Shown here: positions 1-6,530 of the stretch, piece by piece
Layout: every line of letters begins with the position of its first letter
How positions within the stretch are numbered: position 1 is the stretch's first letter
IMG/VR virus record: IMGVR_UViG_3300028591_000093
Location: 1 to 16,764 of that record
From: a virus
Taxonomy: Duplodnaviria > Heunggongvirae > Uroviricota > Caudoviricetes
Reading direction: 5' to 3' (one strand)
Length of the DNA: 16,764 bases
Notes under the pieces: model-generated
The model's database searches: none
What the model was told of the DNA's origin: nothing
What the model saw: only the letters and a program-made list of their open reading frames with translations
Program-made: the position numbers and the translations under genes

Positions 1-1220
1 CCCACACTCCAGGCAAGAGACTGGCTATACTGGTTGATAGTCCAGAACCAGTAATTAACATCCTCATCTGGGTTTTGTGCATCATAGTGTCTCCAAAGAT
101 TAGATACACTGTTAGGTACTTTGAATAATTTTCTAAGTACTAACTTATGCGCCATAGATGCAAGCATAAACTCACTCATACTAGGTAAGTAAGGTTGCTG
201 AATAATGTTGTCTGCACTCATTTGAATAGAGTCACACCATTGAGCAGCTTGGAACTTACCCCAGTTAAGAATAAGTGCTTGAGTTGCTAAGTTACCATTG
301 TAATCATTGAAGAATGCTTCTCTAGCAGCATGAGTAGAACTCTCACCAGCAACATCTTCATAAGCATGATAACCAGGATTACTCAGTACATCTACAACTG
401 GTAAACACCACTCTTTATATGTAGTATTATTTGGTAATACAACAAAGGATGCATCAGGGTCTACAATTAAGATACCGTCAATGTTTGCTAAGTTCTCTGT
501 ATCAATATCCCAGCTTCTATCCCCAACCCAATCATCAATACTTGGATTATAGAAGGTGTTGTTCTTGATATAGTAGCAAGTCATATCTTTAAGAGTAGTT
601 AAACTATAGTGTCCTTGATATTCATCAGCATCTGGAATCTCATAGTAATCCAAATCATGATATTTCCAATCATCTCCTTCAAATGAATAGTTGATACCTC
701 TATCAGATTTAAAGTTATTAGTAATAGGAAGTAAACAAAGAGTAACATCTTGATTTACTTGTCTATACACTTGTCTCGGTGCAGCACCATAACCACTCTT
801 TTTAGCATAGATTTGATAGATGTCACAAGTAGGAATAGTAATAGTTACTTCTCCAAAAGAGTTAGTAGTATATTCCTTATGATAATTAGTAGCCTCAGTC
901 TCATCCAGAGGTACACCATACTTACCATCAATAGTGTAACAATCTACAATGACTGTTGCATTTGCAGCAACTTTCTTTACCATGTAATCTGGGTTAGAAC
1001 TGTCAACAAGCTCATCAATATGATAAACTTTAATTGTAGCTTTAAACTGGTCAATGTGTCTATGCTTATCATAGTAAGTGGTCATATCCTGCACATCTTT
1101 CAATTGTACATTAGTATTCTTCAAACTATATGTAGGATGTGCTACAGTACCACCAGCAGTAACATCCTGTGTACCATGCAGAAGAATACCTCTTATGTAA
1201 TCAAACAGTTTAATTTTCAT
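1..1220 (-). CDS. Partial (3' end runs off the window) receptor-binding/fibre-type protein, >406 aa, with a C-terminal C-type-lectin-fold / DUF1566-like domain
   Basis: Not in the ORF track. Manual translation from ATG at 1220 is open to the window edge (MKIKLFDYIRG...PYLPSMSEFML...NYWFWTINQYSQSLAWSV). The LPSxxE and W-T-x-x-Q-Y-S-x-x-x-AW-x-V motifs resemble CLec/DUF1566 phage proteins. The start overlaps the end of the upstream gene (1210-1220). Confidence 0.75.
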   Translation of the reverse strand, partial: MKIKLFDYIRGILLHGTQDVTAGGTVAHPTYSLKNTNVQLKDVQDMTTYYDKHRHIDQFKATIKVYHIDELVDSSNPDYMVKKVAANATVIVDCYTIDGKYGVPLDETEATNYHKEYTTNSFGEVTITIPTCDIYQIYAKKSGYGAAPRQVYRQVNQDVTLCLLPITNNFKSDRGINYSFEGDDWKYHDLDYYEIPDADEYQGHYSLTTLKDMTCYYIKNNTFYNPSIDDWVGDRSWDIDTENLANIDGILIVDPDASFVVLPNNTTYKEWCLPVVDVLSNPGYHAYEDVAGESSTHAAREAFFNDYNGNLATQALILNWGKFQAAQWCDSIQMSADNIIQQPYLPSMSEFMLASMAHKLVLRKLFKVPNSVSNLWRHYDAQNPDEDVNYWFWTINQYSQSLAWSV

Positions 1221-1665
1221 TTCTGTATTGTTTATAAATGTTATAAGCTTTAGTTAGTTGTTCAGGAGTAAGAGTAAAAGACCCATTCTCAAGATATGCT
1301 TCAAATATAACTTGCTCATATTTATGCTTGTCTTTTAGATTAGAGAGAAGTGGGGTTAATTGTTTTAAATCATCTAACCCCATCCCAATCTCCTCAAGAA
1401 CAGCAGGGACCAGAAATTTTCCAATTTCTAATCCCATGTTGTACTTGAGATGAAAATTAATGAGCTCTTGTTTACTCTTATTTTTATTCCAGAAAAACAA
1501 ATCAGTTTTATCTAATCTCTAAATCTAGAAGTAATATCTATTAGCTGGAAGATTCTCAAAGATTACATAATCTGTATCATGTGTCTTATAATCTGGAAAA
1601 GAACTAAAAAATACCTGACTACCAACTAAGATTTTATTTTGTGTACTTAAACTAATCTTAGCCAT
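1210..1665 (-). CDS. 151-aa putative minimal nucleotidyltransferase (Pol-beta superfamily-like)
   Basis: Reading TAG (1525-27, 1519-21) as Gln extends ORF 1210..1500 to an ATG at 1665 that overlaps the upstream TAA (TAATG). The N-terminus ILVGSQVFFSSFPDYKTHDTDYVIF fits the hG[GS]x9-13DxD motif. Confidence 0.55.
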
Positions 1666-3194
1666 TATTCTTCAGCTTGTGCATCAGGGTCCTCGCCATA
1701 TTCAACTTTATAAATCCAGTGCTTCTCAACAACTTCTTCTTCATATTGTAAGCTAGTTGGGTCCTCATAGAATGTAGCATACGGGACATAGTTTTCAGCA
1801 GCAGTATCTGGTGTTAAGGAATCAATTAAAATACCCCATCCAGTATCCTCACCTACTTCTTTCATTGCTACATAGTATGTAGTACCATCAATCTCAATTT
1901 CACTGGTTTCTGCATCTGACCTGTAAACATAATTCTCATAGTCATCACCATAGTTACCGTGTTGATAGAATCTAACAACATCTAGTGCCAATTGGTAAAT
2001 AACATTAGTATCTTGTTGGATATTAACCAAATCTTCTTCAGCAATTGACCAACTTGCAGGTTCTAAGTATTGAGTATCATAATCAAGAGCAGGCCATTCA
2101 ACACTGTCTCCCTTATGAACTGTCTTTTGAGCAATCAAGTTAGCATCTGCAACACTATCCTTGTAAAACCTAACTGTTACAAAATCATTTTGTACACCTT
2201 GCACAGCATTGTCTACATATTCCTTAACAGCAGCAGATGTAGGAGCATTAGTACTATCATTAGTAACAGTTCCAGCAAAAGCTTGTACAGTTGCTGATAC
2301 TTTACCATCCGCTTCACTTACTTTCTTAATGTAAGAACCATCTTGACCAACTTCTGCAACATCTAATGCTTGGACTGCTGCTGCGGCAGTACCTGCTGCA
2401 TCATAATTAGAAGCAAGACTGTCTGCATAGTTCTTAGCTGCTGTCTCTGCTGATGCAGCAGAACCAACAGGGTCCCAAGCAGCTTCATCTCCTAACTAAA
2501 CCCAAATATTACTAGAACAGATATATTCCTTAGTTCCAACAATAATAATATCACCATCAGAATAACCAGTGGTATCAGCAGGTAAAGAAGGTACAACTCC
2601 TCTAAAGTGAGTAGCACCTGCCAAAGCAGCAGTAGCTTGCTGTACATGCGCATACACAGCTGCCGCACTTGGAGCAACAGTACCATTCTCTGTTACACTA
2701 GAAGCGAATGCTTTCTTAGTAGCAGAAATCTTACCATCTGTTTCTGAGATTTGCTCAATAAAAGAACCAACTTCCCCCTCATTTGCTACATCAAGTTTGC
2801 CAATTTCTGTAGTTGCTGTGCCAGCAGTATCATAGTTTGGTGCTAAACTGTCAGCATATGCTTTAGCAGCAGCCTCAGCATCATTTGCTTTACCAGAAGC
2901 ATAATCTTTTGTAGCTAATATCTCTAAATCTACACCTGCCTGAGTAGCAATAGGTGTAGTCCATTTTCTTTCACCGTTTTCCAGACCTTCATAGATATAC
3001 ATCTGTTTGTCAGCTATAACATAGACAGACATACCTTCTTCAAGTCTATTAACAGGGATTGTGGCTAAGTCTGCTTTAGTAGCAACACTTCTCCAACCAC
3101 CCTTACCATATTTGGCTTCATGAGTTGCATAAATATCGTCTGTTGTAAATGGAACAACAGCAGCTGCAACATTAGTACCTTGTATGTTTGCCAT
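1665..3194 (-). CDS. 509-aa tail/head fibre-like structural protein with an internal duplication
   Basis: ORFs 2496..3194 and 1665..2204 are in frame and joined through a single TAG (2496-98), ending at TAA. Ala/Thr-rich, with a ~78-aa repeat present twice. The product call is from composition and context. Confidence 0.7.
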
Positions 3195-3198
3195 ATTA

Positions 3199-4701
3199 TT
3201 AAGAAATTACAACAGTTATAGCAGAACCAGTTTGTATATCACCACTTCTGTAAATTCTATATTCTACTTGATAACCATACTCATTAGTAATAATTCTATC
3301 TTCTGTTACCCAGCCAGTATAGGAAAGACCACCAACAGTAGTAGTGATATTACCTAAACTTTTAGGAATCGCATAATAGAAATACTTACCACCAGAGCAG
3401 TTATAAGTTATTGTTTTTGCTTTACTGTTAGACAACTCACTAGAAAGAGTAGCTAAATCAACGCTAGATGCAGTAGCACTTGCTCCCCAGAATCTTCTAT
3501 GCTGGAAAGAAACAGAAGCACTTGCACTTGTAGTATCATTACCAGTAGCCTTAACTACTTTGTTATTTGATACAATTAAACCACTCTTAGGAGCAGTAAA
3601 TGTACAATTATAAGTAACACTTGAAGTTATATTACTTGTTTCTAGCACTGCTTGTGCACCAGCTTCTACATTGATAAATGTCCAAGAACCAGATGCTCCT
3701 GTGGGGGCTTTCTAAGATGCAGAAGGTGTTGGAATACTAGCAGTGCCAATATAATCTACTTTAGCACCATTCTCAACAGAAATACTAGCGTTATGAGAAG
3801 TACTCTTTTCTACATCTTGCTGGTCCTTAATAGTCCAAGTGTGTGCAATAGCAGGAGTTACTAAAGTTAAGTCCCCTTCATAATTACTGCCATCTTTTAA
3901 CATATAAGGAGAGAAATCAATTGCATCAAATTTAGCATCAATTTCAGTCTTATTGTAGTAATTATTAGCAACCTCTTGTGCTAATGCTGTTAAATCAGCA
4001 GACCTTGCAACTGATTCATCAACAGACAAGTTATAACCAATAATTACATTACCTTGCTTGATTTCTTCTACAGTAATACCACCATCTTGTGTAGCACCAA
4101 TAACAGTCTTAGTTAAGGATTGTAATTGTTGAAGCACCCATTCAGTAGTAGCATAAATAGATACATCTGGACCAAGTTTAATCCAAACTCTACCACTCCA
4201 GATATACTCATCATTACCTGCTCTATAGAAATCTCCTTTGTGTAACTGTTCAACTGGAATTGCATCCAGCTCTTCCTTATCTGTTACACAACCTGCAAGA
4301 TGAACATAATCATCATATTTTGCTTCATCTGCTGAAATTTGACCAGACAATCTCTAGTCAAGCTCTTGAATAAGTTGTTCAAGTCTGTTGAATTCACCCT
4401 CACCACCACTTACCTGGTAAAGATAAATAAGGGACCCTTGTAAGAGTTTACACAGGTGCATAAGGTCTTCTTTTGTAAGATGCTTAGCACCATTATCAAA
4501 TCTTATTACCACTTCAGACAGTTGATGTAACAAATCATCTAAAGAAGTAATGCTAGGATATGGTTCTGTGTAAATGTTATCAGCTGTAGTCTACAGGCTT
4601 TCAATATCTCTAACAACAAAACTGTTTGTCAGACCACTTTCCAAACCTCTCTGTGTACTTACAGGGTTAATAAAAATTGGGATTTGTACTTGCCCAGCCA
4701 T
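3199..4701 (-). CDS. 500-aa fibre-like structural protein
   Basis: ATG at 4701 lies 1 nt after the RT TGA. Read-through of TAGs at 4591-93, 4354-56 and 3712-14 joins ORFs 3712..4350 and 3199..3648 in one frame, ending at TAA 3199. The C-terminus is Ser/Thr-rich and beta-strand-like. Confidence 0.7.
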
Positions 4702-4702
4702 A

Positions 4703-6004
4703 TCAGTTATAATAATAGTATTTATGTTTATATTGTATTGTTGTAGCAAATGGGAAATATTCCTAATCCCTTGCTAATCTATCTTTCAAAACTTCAGAAG
4801 AAGAGATAAAGGTATAGTCTTCTGATTCTTGGTCTTCTTCCAAGAAGGAAAATCTAACAACTACTTTATCTACTCCTTTTATAGGAACTATTGCAAATTC
4901 TTTAATTGCAATCTGCTTGTCTACCACATCTACAATACTGAGTCTTTTCTCAATAGGTACACCAAGCCATCTGTCATATCCCTTTTTCTCAGTCAAAGTC
5001 TGGTAGGGCATTTTCTTAAACAATTTAATATTTCTACCATTTAATATCACTTTCCACAAACCAAAAGACCTAGTTAGTTGTAGCCAACCCATATAACTTG
5101 CCATTTGTTGTTTGAATACATGGTCATCAACACCTTGCTTATTAAGTTTATTGGCCTTTTGTTTTATATGCAAATATAAATGTCTCTGGAGTTTAATACT
5201 GTTTTCTGTAAATATACAGCCAACCATTTTAACCCCACTTCTCACTGGAGCAATCCTCACATTATTCTTTACTGTAAGTTTATGACTATCAGCAAATTTA
5301 AGAATTTCTCCAAGAAGGAACTTAGCCATTTCTTTTGTAGGTATAATAATGAGTATATCATCCATATACCTAAAATAATACTTTACTCCAAGAACTTCTT
5401 TAAAATAATGGTCACAGGCAGATAAAAATAAATTAGCAAGATATTGACTACTGCCAACACCAATTGCTAAACCTTTCTCGTTTCTATCTATCAACCTTTC
5501 AAAATACCTTATGATTCTCTTATCTTTAAATGTTTCTCTGACCATTTGCTTCATTATATCATGGTCAATAGACTCATAAAAGTGTCTGAAATCAGTTTTA
5601 AGATAATACCATTCTTGATGAGTATTTACAACTACAGATATTTGTTTAGCTAGTTTATGTAAACCTCTGTATTGTAAACTACCAAAAGAACACCAAGGTA
5701 TTCTATCAAGAAGTTCCCATTTAACCTTTCTTAGGACAGTATGGTCAAGTATTTTATCAGGATAAAGATTTGGGGCATGAATATCTCTTTCTTTGGGCTC
5801 ATAAACCTTAAAAGAAAAGAGTGGGGTTAACTGATAAGTTTCATCTTTAAGTTGTTGCTACAATGTAGCTATTATCTAATCATGTTGTCTCATGCATCTT
5901 TCTACAGCCTTCTAATTCTTACAGACTGCTAAGGCCTCTCTAAAACCATTTTCTAGATTACCCTTTTCATAAACCTCTTCCCATGTAATTTTTGACCTTA
6001 TCAT
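4703..6004 (-). CDS. DGR-type reverse transcriptase, 433 aa, with a ~100-aa C-terminal extension
   Basis: Contains YYFRYMDD (catalytic YxDD) and GLAIGVGSSQYLANL (IGxxxSQ motif typical of DGR RTs), plus N-terminal F.VYEPKER.I and YLKTDFRHFYESIDH motifs. ATG at 6004, TAGs at 5912, 5876, 5858 and 4763 read as Gln, ends at TGA 4703. Adjacent to a TR/VR pair. Confidence 0.95.
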
Positions 6005-6011
6005 AATACTT

Positions 6012-6251
6012 CCCTGTCCTAGTTAGTAAGTCATCTTCAGCAATTGCTTACCAACACCTTACTAATATACAGTGTTCTGTTGTTAAACAACAAGGTTGTG
6101 ACTTAGTTGCACTAAGGAAGTGCTATATTAACAATATGTATTAAGTGACAGTTAGGAGGCAAACCCATTCACATTGTTAGCATTGTTAACATTGTTAGCA
6201 TTGTTAGCACGACCAAGCCCATAGAGGGTTTGCCTACCTAAGTCACAACCT
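6012..6251 (-). ncRNA. Putative structured DGR template RNA (5' flank - TR - spacer)
   Basis: A perfect 14-bp inverted repeat (6093-6106 / 6238-6251) encloses a 10-bp inverted repeat (6157-6166 / 6226-6235) and a small hairpin (6109-6123). The transcript ends are inferred, not seen. Confidence 0.6.
6155..6231 (-). repeat. DGR template repeat (TR), 77 nt
   Basis: Minus strand reads AA ACC CTC TAT GGG CTT GGT CGT GCT AAC AAT GCT AAC AAT GTT AAC AAT GCT AAC AAT GTG AAT GGG TTT GCC TCC. It is intergenic, rich in AAY codons and aligns without gaps to 8229-8305. Confidence 0.95.
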
Positions 6252-6258
6252 ATAAAAA

Positions 6259-6528
6259 TTATTTTCTAATAATCTTATAATAAGTACTAGTAATAGTACC
6301 TCTACCACCCTCACCACCAGGAGTACCTGTTGTTGTATAAGGACCTTCTTTTAAAGAAATACCTGTAGTAATTAAATTGTCAGATTCTGTTGAAGGACCT
6401 ACCAAGTACTAGAAGTATCCAAGAGACATTCCTCTTAAAAAGTCTTCAATTGGGCTGGTAGCATCTTCTCCATTTAAGTACTGAAAGTACCCTAATGAAA
6501 TCCCTCTTAAACACAAATCATCCAACAT
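6259..6528 (-). CDS. 89-aa hypothetical protein with a tandem LRG(I/M)SLGYFQYL repeat, located at the position usually held by avd
   Basis: ATG 6528 lies 2 nt after the target-gene TAA. One TAG (6409-11), TAA at 6259. Missing from the ORF track because of the TAG. Confidence 0.75.
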
Positions 6529-6530
6529 AA

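Noticed and set aside
750-1253. Plus-strand ORF (167 aa) and the other plus-strand ORFs in the track (e.g. 2070, 3652, 4574, 4829, 5180, 6765, 7067, 12946, 13234, 14495, 14822, 15833, 16328)
   Set aside because: All are antisense shadows of long, coupled minus-strand genes, and their translations look like reverse-complement artefacts.
2492-2686. Minus-strand 64-aa hydrophobic ORF
   Set aside because: It is an alternate frame wholly inside the 509-aa fibre gene, and its Leu-richness is a frame-shift artefact of Ala/Thr codons.
4703-6004. RT as a group II intron, retron or Abi RT
   Set aside because: It has the IGxxxSQ motif and an adjacent A-specific TR/VR pair. No intron domain V or maturase/endonuclease context was seen.
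6079-6091. Palindrome gttgtt-a-aacaac in the spacer
   Set aside because: It is AT-rich with a 1-nt loop and too weak to call as a structure without covariation data.
6171-6209. Short tandem repeats (cattgttag/aac) as a CRISPR array or microsatellite
   Set aside because: The 9-nt units have no spacers and are fully explained as the AAC-AAT core of the DGR TR.
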